DNA of 64,000 bases. Source: Halorutilales archaeon Cl-col2-1 (GTDB taxonomy: Archaea > Halobacteriota > Halobacteria > Halobacteriales > Afararchaeaceae). Below, one piece after another: positions 40,847 through 50,943 of this stretch. The position numbers were made by a program, and so were the translations under genes. How positions within the stretch are numbered: the stretch's first letter is position 1; each line of letters starts with the position of its first letter. Location of the stretch: assembly GCA_041891055.1 (NCBI GenBank), contig CP169074.1, positions 192,001 through 256,000 on the forward strand, written 5' to 3'. The notes beneath the pieces are model-generated. The model saw only the letters and a program-made list of their open reading frames with translations, had not been told where the DNA came from and ran no database searches.

Positions 40847-41290
40847 TTACGACCTAACCAGAACAGCGACGCCGCTGTCGAAGTCACGCATCTCGACCGC
40901 CGAGAGCTCGGCGCGTCCCGTGGTCACGAGTTCGTCGTCGGGTCCTGTGACCAGGACTTCATCGCGCGCCCTTATCTCGTCGTCGACGTCGGTCACGAAC
41001 TTCGCGAATCCGTTTCTGCCGTCTTCGAGGTACGGAATGCTCTCGTCTCCGAATCTGACACGTAGCTTCGGCGGTTCGAAAGCCTCGTGGAGTCTCTGGG
41101 CACCCTCGAAGCTGAGTGTGAACTTTCCGTCGTTCTTGAGAGTCGCTATCCTCTCGCCGTCTTCCTTGACCTGGCGTATACGTCCGCTCTTCGACGTCGT
41201 GAACTCGGAGTCCTCGGAGAAGAGGACGTCTCCCGCTTTCCTGCCGAACTGGTAGTCGGCTATCGTCTTCGCTGTCTCGAGGTTAGCCAT
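40847..41290 (-). CDS. PUA-domain protein (archaeosine TGT C-terminal-like)
   Basis: ADYQFG, SKSGRIRQ, FAKFV..D..IR..DEVLV, GVAV.VR. Confidence 0.85.
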   Translation of the reverse strand: MANLETAKTIADYQFGRKAGDVLFSEDSEFTTSKSGRIRQVKEDGERIATLKNDGKFTLSFEGAQRLHEAFEPPKLRVRFGDESIPYLEDGRNGFAKFVTDVDDEIRARDEVLVTGPDDELVTTGRAELSAVEMRDFDSGVAVLVRS

Positions 41291-41391
41291 AGGTACAAGA
41301 GGTCGACGGTGTGTAATCGCTTTTTGGTTTGTCGATGGAAAGGAAAAGGAACAGGAACAGGTTTTTCGTCGTCAAGACGGTTGGATTGGAC

Positions 41392-42828
41392 ATGATAACC
41401 TCGGAAAGGATGTCAGTCGTCGACGCTAACGCCGCGTACCTCGGCGTCTCAGCGGATAAGCTGATGGAGAACGCCGGAGCGGGGGTCGCACGCGCTGTCG
41501 AGAGGGTCACGATGGGGAACCCCGAGAAGGAGATCACCGTCTTCGCAGGAAAAGGAAACAACGGAGGCGACGCATTCGTCGCGGCTCGTTTCCTACAGGG
41601 ATACGACCCGAAGGTCTACCTTCTGGGTAGGTCGTCGGGTATACACACCGAGACTGCGCGCGACAACTACGAGGCACTCGTCGGGAGCGGCGTGGATGTC
41701 GAGGAGGTCAGAGACTCGTCTCAGGTTCCCGATGTAGACGCCGACGTGGTTCTCGACGGGGTTCTCGGAACAGGTGTCTCAGGCGGTCTGCGTGAACCCG
41801 TGTCTACTGCGGTCGAGGCTATCAACTCCTCAGACTCCGAGGTTGTGAGTGTCGATATCCCGACAGGTGTCGACCCGGACACGGGAGAGGGGAGCGAGAG
41901 GGTCGAAGCCGACACCGTAGTTACCTTCCACGACTTCAAGCCCGCACATACTCGGATCGACGCCAACGTCGACGTAGTCGACATAGGCATACCCGACGCC
42001 GCCGAGGAGTTCGTCGGAGAAGGAGACCTCCAGTTACTCGGACGTGACCTAGACAGCCATAAGGGTGACAACGGAAAGGTACTCGTCGTCGGGGGAGGTC
42101 CCTACACCGGCGCGCCTACTCTCACAGCGACCGCGGCTCTGAGAGCGGGCTGCGACTGGGTGACTGTCGCGGCTCCCGAGTCAGTCGCCGAGACTGTACA
42201 GTCGTACTCGCCCAACCTCATAGTACGTGAGTTAGACGGCGAGAGGCTGAGTCCCGAAAACGTCGAGTACGTCTCCCAACTCGCAGACGGACACGATACC
42301 GTCGTAATCGGACCAGGTATAGGAGATGCCGACGAGACCGTCGAAGCGGCCGCCGAGATACTCCGAGAGGTAGAGTCAGCGGTCGTCGACGCCGACGCCA
42401 TAGCTTCGCTGAGTCAAGTAGACACGTCCGGGAAAGAGGTCATAGCCACCCCCCACGCCGGAGAGCTGTCGTCACTCGGGGTCGATGTACCGGATTCGTG
42501 GGAGGAGAGAAGGGACGTCGTCGAGAGCTTCGCCGACAAGGAGGGTATTACGGTTCTCCTCAAGGGGCGTTACGACGTCGTCTCCGACGGTGAGACCACA
42601 CGTGTCTCACGTACGGGAAACCCGGGGATGACAGTCGGAGGTACCGGAGATGTCCTCGCGGGTATATGTGGCTTCCTTCTTTCTCAGTTAGACAGCCTCG
42701 ACGCCGCGGGAATAGGAGGCTTCGTCAACGGCAGGGCGGGAGACCTCGCGTACGAAGACGAGGGAAACGGTCTCGTGGCGACCGACGTCGTCGAGTGCCT
42801 AACAGACGCGATGCGACAGTATAATTAA
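41392..42828 (+). CDS. nnr: Bifunctional NAD(P)HX epimerase/dehydratase
   Basis: LMENAG, GKGNNGGD, VDIPTG, SHKGDNG, TPHAGE, GGTGDVLAG. Confidence 0.93.
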   Translation: MITSERMSVVDANAAYLGVSADKLMENAGAGVARAVERVTMGNPEKEITVFAGKGNNGGDAFVAARFLQGYDPKVYLLGRSSGIHTETARDNYEALVGSGVDVEEVRDSSQVPDVDADVVLDGVLGTGVSGGLREPVSTAVEAINSSDSEVVSVDIPTGVDPDTGEGSERVEADTVVTFHDFKPAHTRIDANVDVVDIGIPDAAEEFVGEGDLQLLGRDLDSHKGDNGKVLVVGGGPYTGAPTLTATAALRAGCDWVTVAAPESVAETVQSYSPNLIVRELDGERLSPENVEYVSQLADGHDTVVIGPGIGDADETVEAAAEILREVESAVVDADAIASLSQVDTSGKEVIATPHAGELSSLGVDVPDSWEERRDVVESFADKEGITVLLKGRYDVVSDGETTRVSRTGNPGMTVGGTGDVLAGICGFLLSQLDSLDAAGIGGFVNGRAGDLAYEDEGNGLVATDVVECLTDAMRQYN

Positions 42829-42849
42829 GCTTCTGTCGCAACAGCCAAC

Positions 42850-44418
42850 ATGACAGTTATAGCCGGTCTTACGTCAGGCGAAGGCGACGCCCTCTTCGAC
42901 CTACTTGACCGTATAGAGTCAGGGACTCTCGACGCGGAGCTCGCGGGGGTCGTCGGTGACGGCGATGTCGAGGCTCTCGAAACAGCACGTGAGAGAGGAA
43001 TAGAGGCAGAGGCGGTTCCTAAAAACGGCGACTCGAAGGAGGAACACGAGAGACGTATAGCCGATGTGATCGACGGCTGGGACGCCGACGTAATCGCGCT
43101 TGACGGCTACATGCCGATACTCTCACCCTACTTCACCGAGAGGTACGAGGGACAGATACTCAGCTCACATCCTTCTCTCCTACCCGCCTTCAACACTACA
43201 CAGCCGTGGAAGGACGCCCTCGAAGCGGGAGTCGAGGTCACCGGTGTCACGGTTCATTTCGTGACCGACGAGATCGGCGAGGGTCAGATACTGACACAGG
43301 AGCCTGTACGCGTACGTCCCGCCGACGACCCCGAGAGTCTCAGGAGACGTCTCGAAGACGCTGAGAGACGTGCTTATCCGAGGGCGATACGCCTCTTCGA
43401 CGACGTAGAGTTCGAGGACGGAAAGGTCGTGCGTCCCAACGAGTCGGATTCGGAGTCAGGCTTCGGAGACACGATGCTCAAGTCGTGGGAGAAGGAGTCA
43501 GACCTGAGGTACGGAGAGAATCCCCATCAGGATGCCGCCTTCTACCGTGATACCGCCTTCGAGGGCGCGAGCGTCGGAAACGCAAGACAGCTCGGGGGCA
43601 AGGAGATGTCGTACAACAACATGAACGACACTGACGCCGCGCTATCGCTCGTACGTGAGTTCGACAGACCCGCGGCGGTCGTCGTCAAACACACCAATCC
43701 TTGTGGAACCGCAGTCGCTGACACGGTCTCGGAGGCGTACGACAGGGCTCTCGCGACCGACGAGATGAGTGCCTTCGGCGGAATAGTTGCACTCAACAGA
43801 GAGTGTGACGCCGACACAGCCGAGGCGATAACCGAGTCCTTCAAGGAGGTCGTAGTAGCGCCGTCTTACACTGACGATGCCCTCGAAGAGCTACGCACGA
43901 AGGAGAGTCTACGTATACTCGAAGCCGGCGAGTTAGGGAGGAAGCGCGATGATCTCGACGTGAAGAAGGTCGAGGGAGGCGTCCTAGTCCAGGACAGGGA
44001 CGACCGCACAGCTACGAGGAATGACCTCGATATACCGACCGAGAGGGAGCCGACCGACGACGAGATAGAAGCGATGCTCTTCGGATACACGGTAGTCAAA
44101 CACGTCAAGTCGAACGCAATAGTCCTAGCCGACAACAATGACAGCGTCAGTGAGACAGTCGGAGTAGGCGCGGGTCAGATGTCACGTGTCGATGCCGTGA
44201 GGATAGCACGCGACAAGGCGGAGAAGCCCGTCGAGGGTTCGATCCTCGCGAGCGACGCCTTCTTCCCGTTCCGTGACAACATAGACGAAGCCGCCGAGGC
44301 AGGCGTCGAAGCCATAATTCAGCCCGGCGGATCGGTCAATGACGACGAGGTCATAGAGGCTTGTGACGAACACGGCATAGCGATGGCTCTCACCGGATTC
44401 AGGTGTTTCCGCCACTGA
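42850..44418 (+). CDS. purH: PurN-PurH fusion (formyltransferase-like domain plus AICAR transformylase)
   Basis: LRYGENPHQ, SYNN, KHTNPCG, SAFGG, KSNAI, GAGQMSRVD, SDAFFPF, QPGGS, RCFRH. Confidence 0.93.
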   Translation: MTVIAGLTSGEGDALFDLLDRIESGTLDAELAGVVGDGDVEALETARERGIEAEAVPKNGDSKEEHERRIADVIDGWDADVIALDGYMPILSPYFTERYEGQILSSHPSLLPAFNTTQPWKDALEAGVEVTGVTVHFVTDEIGEGQILTQEPVRVRPADDPESLRRRLEDAERRAYPRAIRLFDDVEFEDGKVVRPNESDSESGFGDTMLKSWEKESDLRYGENPHQDAAFYRDTAFEGASVGNARQLGGKEMSYNNMNDTDAALSLVREFDRPAAVVVKHTNPCGTAVADTVSEAYDRALATDEMSAFGGIVALNRECDADTAEAITESFKEVVVAPSYTDDALEELRTKESLRILEAGELGRKRDDLDVKKVEGGVLVQDRDDRTATRNDLDIPTEREPTDDEIEAMLFGYTVVKHVKSNAIVLADNNDSVSETVGVGAGQMSRVDAVRIARDKAEKPVEGSILASDAFFPFRDNIDEAAEAGVEAIIQPGGSVNDDEVIEACDEHGIAMALTGFRCFRH

Positions 44419-44443
44419 CGGAGACCATTTTCGACCACCACTC

Positions 44444-44487
44444 TACAGATGTAGTAACTCTTATATCTGTGTAGTACTACATCTGTA
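44444..44487. promoter_or_regulatory. 13-bp perfect inverted repeat flanking the TATA box of the rhodanese gene (putative operator)
   Basis: TACAGATGTAGTA (44444-44456) and TACTACATCTGTA (44475-44487) around TTATAT. Confidence 0.6.
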
Positions 44488-44489
44488 AT

Positions 44490-44852
44490 ATGAAACGTGT
44501 CGAGGACACTGAGGGAGCCAGACAGAGACAGGAAACAATCGCCCAGGCTTCGCCTGATGAGGCTAAGAACCTCGTTAAGTCCGACGACTACTTCGTGCTC
44601 GACGTCAGGAACCCCGACGAACACGAGGAAAAGAGGATTCCTGAGACCGACCGTCTCGTTCCCGTCAAGATCATCGACGGTATGGTCGACAAGATAGAAG
44701 CTGACAAGCTACTCGTCTACTGCAGGAGTGGATCGAGGAGTATGAGAGCGTGCAGACACCTAGTTGACGGAGACTTCGACGAGGTCGTCAATCTAGACGG
44801 CGGAATCAACGGATGGATCGACGAGGGCTTCGAGGTCGCGCGCGGAAGCTAA
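44490..44852 (+). CDS. Rhodanese-like domain protein
   Basis: LDVRNPDE, YCRSGSRS, NLDGGINGW. Confidence 0.9.
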   Translation: MKRVEDTEGARQRQETIAQASPDEAKNLVKSDDYFVLDVRNPDEHEEKRIPETDRLVPVKIIDGMVDKIEADKLLVYCRSGSRSMRACRHLVDGDFDEVVNLDGGINGWIDEGFEVARGS

Positions 44853-44999
44853 ACCTCTGAGCCTTATCTTCTGGTACTCAAGATTTCTCTCCTTAAGTTT
44901 AAAATCTCACATAACTTCGGCTTAATACGCGTCTGAATACCAACGATGTAAATATTAATATATACGCACCCCTATATTACGGAGACAGGGTGTCTAGTA

Positions 45000-45518
45000 T
45001 TGTCAGATTCGGACATTACATTCGACGAGTCGTTCAACAGAATGAGAGGTTTGACGGGCGAGATCGAACAGTTTCTGTCTCTTATAAATACGAACCCGAG
45101 TCTCGAAAGGGTGAATCCCACGGAAGCTCTCGAAGACGTGCTCTCTGAGGTTGCGGCGGACTCGGAGAGACGTGGCGTCTCAGCCGACGGGGGACGTGTT
45201 GCCGCGACTACCGACATACTTGCCGACAGGAATCTACTTGAGAACCTCTTCGTCTCCATATTCCGGTTCGCGGACAGGGAAGACAGGGAAGATATCTCTG
45301 TTGAGATATCCGACGGATCTCTCGTGATCCGGGACGAGGGGCTCCCCTCCTCTATACCCTCAAAAGCCTGGGAGCCGGGTTATAGCTCGGGCTCGGGAGG
45401 TTCGGGTCTCGCAGTCGTGAGACAGGTCTGTGAGACACACGGCTGGGAGGTATCCAGCCCCGACGAAGGAGTCCTTAAGATAGACAATCTTCTCATACCG
45501 AGGATCGACCCCGAGTAG
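45000..45518 (+). CDS. Truncated/degenerate histidine-kinase ATPase (HATPase_c) domain protein
   Basis: 'EPGYSS..GSGLAVVRQVCETHGWEV'. N and G1 boxes are eroded and there is no H-box. TTG start. Confidence 0.6.
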   Translation: MSDSDITFDESFNRMRGLTGEIEQFLSLINTNPSLERVNPTEALEDVLSEVAADSERRGVSADGGRVAATTDILADRNLLENLFVSIFRFADREDREDISVEISDGSLVIRDEGLPSSIPSKAWEPGYSSGSGGSGLAVVRQVCETHGWEVSSPDEGVLKIDNLLIPRIDPE

Positions 45519-45559
45519 TTTCAAAAAATCTTTATACACGTACTACTATGTATGTAGTA

Positions 45560-45650
45560 GCACCGCTCAGTTCCTCCCTAATCCCCCACCATACCTAAGC
45601 TGAGCCGGTGTCACCCCCCTATCCATACGTTTTCCCCCACCTATTCCATA
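45560..45650 (+). ncRNA. Candidate C-rich stem-loop small RNA
   Basis: BRE/TATA-like AAAAAATCTTTATA about 25-30 nt upstream. Stem CACCGCTCAG/CTGAGCCGGTG with a C-rich loop. No + ORF downstream. Confidence 0.45.
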
Positions 45651-46403
45651 TCAGTCCTTCCAGCCTTCAGCATTACTATCATTCTCACGTATTCTGCCCT
45701 TCGCACGTCGCGGCATGGGCCAGAGGGCGACTCCGACGGCTACTGAGTAGATGATCACGACCCCGAGGACTACAACTGTTCCGGGAACCCGAGACACCGA
45801 AGCGGATTCTAAAGCCGAGACGTTCTCTGGTGTGAAGGCGGTGATCCTGAGAGCCCACGATCCGACTAAGAGTGTTATGATAGGTAGGTAGACACGTCTG
45901 AGACGCCGTGAGAGAGCCTCGACGAAGGGTATCTTCGCCGCGGGCTCCCTCAGGTCGTCGCTCAGGAGGGCGCGCCATCTCTCGTTCTCGACACCTTCGG
46001 GGTCTATCGCATTTGCGAAGACGTTCTCCTCAAGTATCCTGACACGTGACCTCCAGACATCGTAGGTTCTGTAACGGCGTGCCTCGACTACGAGGAAGAC
46101 CAAGACCGCAACTATTCCGCCGAGGAGGACGTAATGCGGATTATCGGGACTCGAAAACCCCCAAGTCAGTAGTGTCGCAGTCACGACGACAGCCCAGTTA
46201 GTTGTCCTGTCGAGACGCGTTCTCCACGCCGTTGCCCTCCCGAGTTCGCCTCTGTATAGATGCCCCATCAGACCGAAGAAATCAGAGGGCTCCTCGGCTG
46301 CCTCTGCTCCTATTTCGCGCTCCCCGGGTGACAAGGGATCGAAGTCACCGGACTCCGTCTCGGCTTCGGGGTTGACATCGTCGTCGGAACCAGTGTCTTG
46401 CAT
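45651..46403 (-). CDS. DUF2270-family membrane protein
   Basis: HLYRGE, WRTRLDRTTNWAV, EARRYR, RRLRRVY. ATG at 46403. Confidence 0.88.
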   Translation of the reverse strand: MQDTGSDDDVNPEAETESGDFDPLSPGEREIGAEAAEEPSDFFGLMGHLYRGELGRATAWRTRLDRTTNWAVVVTATLLTWGFSSPDNPHYVLLGGIVAVLVFLVVEARRYRTYDVWRSRVRILEENVFANAIDPEGVENERWRALLSDDLREPAAKIPFVEALSRRLRRVYLPIITLLVGSWALRITAFTPENVSALESASVSRVPGTVVVLGVVIIYSVAVGVALWPMPRRAKGRIRENDSNAEGWKD

Positions 46404-46489
46404 CCAGGCTCTATTACTCCTTCTCCCTCTTATCTGTGCCGCCGAAGCCGAAGAGGGAGTTTTATACTCGGTTAAGTTAACACACAATC

Positions 46490-47674
46490 ATGAGCTTCTA
46501 CTACAGACATCCGAAGGTCAAGGTGTCATTCGGAAGAGGAGAAAGGTCTTGGGCGGGAAAGCTAGCGTCGAAACACGGCGAGAGGGCTCTCGTCGTCACG
46601 GGGAAGTCGGCGATGGAACGTCTCGGCTTCCTCGAGGAGCTTTACGACAGCCTTGAGGAGAACGGCGTAGAGGTCGTCCAAACTTTCAACGACATACGTC
46701 CCAACCCCGAGGTTCGCGACGCCGAGAACTGCGCGAGGTCGGTCTGGGACGACGACATTGACGTCATAGTCGCGCTCGGAGGCGGAAGCGTGATGGACAC
46801 CGCGAAGGGAGTCAACGTCGCCCTGTCTAACTGGGATTCCCCCGACGAGGGTCTCTGGGAGTACGTCTCTGGGGAGACGAGGATAGAAGAGTATAACCTG
46901 CCTCTCGTAGCTATAACTACGACTAGTGGAACCGGAAGCCACGTCAACACGGGCGCAGTCCTTGCCAACGACGAGATAAACGCGAAGCCCGCCTTCGGAC
47001 ACACCGACATGGCTCCCGACAACGCGATAGTCGACCCCGAGATAATGGATCACCTACCTCCCGAGGTCACAGCCGCGAGTGGCTTCGATGTCTTCGCACA
47101 CGCGAGCGAGGGATACGTGGCGGGAGGCGAGCATCCGATCTCCGACCTATACAGCATAGAGGCGATGGAGAAGGTCGCTAACTCACTCGTAGCCGCGGTA
47201 AATAACCCGACAGAGGAGGCGAGGGACGAGATGGCACTCGCTGACACGCTCGCCGGGGAGGCTCTCGCGTCGAACGGCACTGTTCTCAACCACGCACTCG
47301 CCCACTCGATAAGCGGACACGATCCCGACGTCGCCCACGGTCAGGCACTTGCCACGATCACTCCCGCGGTGATAAGGTACAACGTCGAGAACGGCGACGA
47401 GAGGACGAGACAAAGATACTCTGACATAGCACGTATACTCGGAAAGGACATCGACGGCGGCGGAAGGAAGGATGCCCTCAAGGCAGCCGAAGCGGTCGAG
47501 GAGCTAAGGGCTGAGATAGGTCTCGACAGGAGGATAGACGACTTCGACGTCTCGAAGGATGAGATAGACGATATGGTCTCGGAGGCGAAGACTTGGCTCA
47601 AGGGCGCGTGGAACCACAACCCCGTCGAAGTCACCGAGGACGACGCGAAGGCGATATACGACGAGGCGTGGTAG
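46490..47674 (+). CDS. Iron-containing alcohol dehydrogenase
   Basis: GGGSVMDTAK, TTSGTGS, DVFAH, HALAH, HG metal ligands. Confidence 0.92.
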   Translation: MSFYYRHPKVKVSFGRGERSWAGKLASKHGERALVVTGKSAMERLGFLEELYDSLEENGVEVVQTFNDIRPNPEVRDAENCARSVWDDDIDVIVALGGGSVMDTAKGVNVALSNWDSPDEGLWEYVSGETRIEEYNLPLVAITTTSGTGSHVNTGAVLANDEINAKPAFGHTDMAPDNAIVDPEIMDHLPPEVTAASGFDVFAHASEGYVAGGEHPISDLYSIEAMEKVANSLVAAVNNPTEEARDEMALADTLAGEALASNGTVLNHALAHSISGHDPDVAHGQALATITPAVIRYNVENGDERTRQRYSDIARILGKDIDGGGRKDALKAAEAVEELRAEIGLDRRIDDFDVSKDEIDDMVSEAKTWLKGAWNHNPVEVTEDDAKAIYDEAW

Positions 47675-47760
47675 TCTGGGCTAGGAAACTTTATTTGCTT
47701 CGAGAACCTAAACCGAGTGCCTCCCAAACCGAAAAACAATCAGGAGGTCTGGAGAAAACC

Positions 47761-48702
47761 ATGGAAGTCAGACAGATAGCAGAGGAACTACACGGCAGAT
47801 TTTCGGAAGACGTGTCGGTTGACGAGATAGAGGAGAGTCTCGACAGTCTCATAAACGAGTACCAAGTCCCCGAGGACGAGGCGCGCCGGAGCGTCATAAG
47901 CAGATACTCCGACGGGGACGCCGATGCTAACGCTAACTCCGAAGCCGGCTCGCCCGACGAGGTCACCAAGGTGTCGGAGATAGATTCGCCCGAGGAATGG
48001 ATCACGGTTGAGGTCGAGGTCGTCGATCTCTGGGAACCCACGAGCGACGCTATAGGACAGGTGGGTCTCGTGGGCGACGAAACTGATACCGTAAAGTTCA
48101 CAGCGTGGGCGAAGAGCGACCTTCCCGAGTTAGACGAGGGCGGGACATACAGGCTCGAAAACGTTGTGACAGACGAGTACGAGGGACGTATGAGCATTAA
48201 GCTCAACTCGTCGACCGAGATAGAAGAGATCGACGACGAGATTGAGGTCGGCACAGCCGAGACTGAGATAGAAGGCGCGCTCGTCGACATACAGTCAGGG
48301 AGCGGTCTCATAAAGAGATGTCCCGTTGAGGGATGTACGCGCGTCCTCCAGAACGGACGGTGTGCAGAACACGGCGACGTCGACGGCGAGTTCGATCTAC
48401 GTGTCAAGGGAGTCATAGACGACGGAAAAGAGGTTCACGACGTCATATTCGACCGCGAGATGACCGAGGATCTGACCGGGATCACGATGGAAGAGGCGAA
48501 ACAGAAGGCGATGGACAAACTCGACACGAGCGTAGTGACCGACGATATACACGAGAAACTCGTCGGACGGTACTTCAGTGTCTCGGGAACCGAGATAGGA
48601 AGATACCTTCTCGCTAACGACGCCGAGAAGCTCTCAGCAGATACTGATACTGACGCACTCCTTATAAGAGCGCGGTCGGTAGGAGGTGGTTCGGATGAGT
48701 GA
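47761..48702 (+). CDS. rpa: Replication protein A (OB fold plus Zn finger)
   Basis: QVGLVGDET, GSGLIKRCPVEGC.R...C.EHG, DLRVKGVIDDG. ATG at 47761. Confidence 0.9.
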   Translation: MEVRQIAEELHGRFSEDVSVDEIEESLDSLINEYQVPEDEARRSVISRYSDGDADANANSEAGSPDEVTKVSEIDSPEEWITVEVEVVDLWEPTSDAIGQVGLVGDETDTVKFTAWAKSDLPELDEGGTYRLENVVTDEYEGRMSIKLNSSTEIEEIDDEIEVGTAETEIEGALVDIQSGSGLIKRCPVEGCTRVLQNGRCAEHGDVDGEFDLRVKGVIDDGKEVHDVIFDREMTEDLTGITMEEAKQKAMDKLDTSVVTDDIHEKLVGRYFSVSGTEIGRYLLANDAEKLSADTDTDALLIRARSVGGGSDE

Positions 48703-49315
48703 GTCCGATATAAGACGTGAGGTCGCGCGGCGTGTCTTCGCACGTGAGTTCGGCGACTCTTCCCACACGTTCAAGGAAAGCGACGACGACCGCGCACCGA
48801 CCTACCTCCTTCTTCCGACAGGCGAGAAGGCGAACCGTGTCTTCGTGGTCGGGACTCTCACAGAGAAGGAGGACATAGGTGAGGACTCGGAGTACTGGAG
48901 GGCAAGAGTCGTCGATCCTACGGGAACCTTCCTCGTCTACGCTGGACAGTACCAGCCCGAGGCAGTCGATGCTCTCCGTGACATAGAGCCTCCCGAGTAC
49001 GTCGCCGTCGTGGGCAAGCCCAACACCTACGAGCCCGAAGACGAAGACGGCGAGACAGACGTTGGCGAATCTGAAGATTCGCCTGCAGACGAGAACGAGA
49101 GTTCTCGGGACGTTATAACCTCGATACGCCCCGAGTCGATCAACATCGTCGACGCAGAGACGCGTGATAGATGGATAGGCGAGACCGCCGAGAGAACTCT
49201 TGACAGGATTGAGGGAGAGGCCGACGAGAAGGAGATGTCTCACGAGATCTACGGTGACGGAATAAGCCCGAGATACAAAGACGTAGTCGTGGACGCACTC
49301 GAAAGCCTCGAATAG
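48695..49315 (+). CDS. RPA-associated OB-fold protein
   Basis: RREVARRVFARE, PTGEKANRVF.VG.LTE, VYAGQYQP; overlaps rpa. Confidence 0.88.
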   Translation: MSESDIRREVARRVFAREFGDSSHTFKESDDDRAPTYLLLPTGEKANRVFVVGTLTEKEDIGEDSEYWRARVVDPTGTFLVYAGQYQPEAVDALRDIEPPEYVAVVGKPNTYEPEDEDGETDVGESEDSPADENESSRDVITSIRPESINIVDAETRDRWIGETAERTLDRIEGEADEKEMSHEIYGDGISPRYKDVVVDALESLE

Positions 49316-49415
49316 GGAACATATCTTTTTCGACCTGAATTTGGGTCTAACTTAGGGTCGAGTTGGTACGTATCTCGGAAAAGAGTATTTTATACCCGAG
49401 ACGTCGTACCGTACG

Positions 49416-49922
49416 ATGACCTCGACACGTTCGACTATACAGAGTCACATAGCCGAGAACCCCGGAGTCTACTTCAGCCAGATTGTCAGGTCTCTTGACC
49501 TCGCGCCCGGTCAGGTTCAGCACCATCTCCGGAGTCTGAGAGAGGACGACGACGTGATCGAGGACTCGATAAGGGGCTACACGCATTACTACCCCGAGAC
49601 GTACGACGGCTGGGAGAGGGAGACGCTCGCCTTCCTCAGACGTGAGACGGTGCGTGACATACTCTTCGTAATAATCGAGGAGGAGCCCAACGCGAATCCG
49701 GTCGACATAACAGATGAACTCGGTATAGCGAGGAGCACGCTTGAGTGGCATCTCGATAGTCTCGTCGATAGGGACATAGTCGAGAAGAACAGGGAGATGG
49801 GGGGCGGCGTCGGTCTGAGTCTGTCACATCCCGAGAGAACCCACGAGCTTCTAGAGGAGGTCTCGCCGTCTCTGAGCGACAGACTCACTGACAGGTTCAT
49901 ACGTGCTTTCGACCAGATCTGA
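49416..49922 (+). CDS. Double winged-helix transcriptional regulator
   Basis: NPGVYFSQI...GQVQHHL and ARSTLEWHL HTH motifs. Confidence 0.85.
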   Translation: MTSTRSTIQSHIAENPGVYFSQIVRSLDLAPGQVQHHLRSLREDDDVIEDSIRGYTHYYPETYDGWERETLAFLRRETVRDILFVIIEEEPNANPVDITDELGIARSTLEWHLDSLVDRDIVEKNREMGGGVGLSLSHPERTHELLEEVSPSLSDRLTDRFIRAFDQI

Positions 49923-49983
49923 TTTCTGTGTAACTATGAATGACCGGAATTTATATGGTCTCTTCCGACACGAGTAGTAAAGG

Positions 49984-50298
49984 ATGCGCCAGCTGTTGTG
50001 GTGGCTTATCGGCGGCTCACGTGGTGGTCGGAACCGTCTGCGCATCATACGTGTATTACAGGATCAGCCGATGAACACCAACCAGCTGTCGAACGAGCTC
50101 GACCTCGACTACAAGACGGTACAGCACCATCTTGAGATGCTAGAGGAGAACGATATACTCACTACTCAGGGGGGTAACTACGGCACGATGTACTTTCTGA
50201 CCGACAGGATGAGACAGAACCTAGACATACTCAACGAGGTGGCTCAGAGGGCTGACCTCGAAAACGTAGACGTAGATTTAGGTGATCAGGATGACTGA
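49984..50298 (+). CDS. ArsR-like winged-helix regulator
   Basis: LLWWLIGGSRGG.NR, NTNQLS..LDLDYKTVQHHL. Confidence 0.88.
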   Translation: MRQLLWWLIGGSRGGRNRLRIIRVLQDQPMNTNQLSNELDLDYKTVQHHLEMLEENDILTTQGGNYGTMYFLTDRMRQNLDILNEVAQRADLENVDVDLGDQDD

Positions 50299-50785
50299 CG
50301 ACGAAGCTACGGACGCCGAGAACCACGACGACAAGACTCCGGAGGAGACGGGCGACCCCGGAGGAGGCAGGACATTTACCCCCCTTACCAAGACTGTTGG
50401 GGTAGTAATAGTCTCGGTCACCGTGGCTCTCGTGATCGGCTTCGGTGTACCTGGGATACTAGCACCCGACGAGAAAATGGGGTACATTCCCGACTTCATA
50501 ATCCTCCTCGTCCAGATTAAGATATTCATAACTACGTTCAATCTTCTCCTCCTCCTCGTTCTCGCGAGGTCGTACGTCAGAATCTACCGCGACCTCCCCA
50601 ACAAGTACACGAGGAGCCTCATAATACTTAGCGTCTCGCTCCTCCTCTATGCATTCACCTCTAACCCTCTCGTCCAGATACTCCTCGGACTCTACCCCGA
50701 GCCCAGCATAGGAGCATTCGCGTTCCTCTCCGACTTCTTCATAGGAGTTGCAATAGTCGTTCTCTTCTACCAGAGCGAGGCTTGA
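50291..50785 (+). CDS. Membrane protein coupled to the ArsR-like regulator
   Basis: Four TM helices; overlaps the upstream gene. Confidence 0.7.
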   Translation: MTDDEATDAENHDDKTPEETGDPGGGRTFTPLTKTVGVVIVSVTVALVIGFGVPGILAPDEKMGYIPDFIILLVQIKIFITTFNLLLLLVLARSYVRIYRDLPNKYTRSLIILSVSLLLYAFTSNPLVQILLGLYPEPSIGAFAFLSDFFIGVAIVVLFYQSEA

Positions 50786-50943
50786 TCCCTATATCCGAGT
50801 GTAAGTCATTCTGCACGCTCGTTCCCGAGTTCAAATCAGTAATAGGGGGGGGGGGGTAGATTTGAACCTCAGTCATTCCGCAGACGCTCCATCCCTTGGT
50901 ACAAATCCTTGCTCGGCTATTTTCTTCGCTCCACTTAGAAAAG

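Noticed and set aside
42850-44418. PurH lacking the IMP cyclohydrolase domain
   Set aside because: Expected for haloarchaeal PurNH fusions, where a separate PurO supplies this step; not novel.
46423-46459. 9-bp stem CTCCCTCTT/AAGAGGGAG between divergent genes
   Set aside because: Single occurrence and no recognisable riboswitch core; could be chance or a simple operator.
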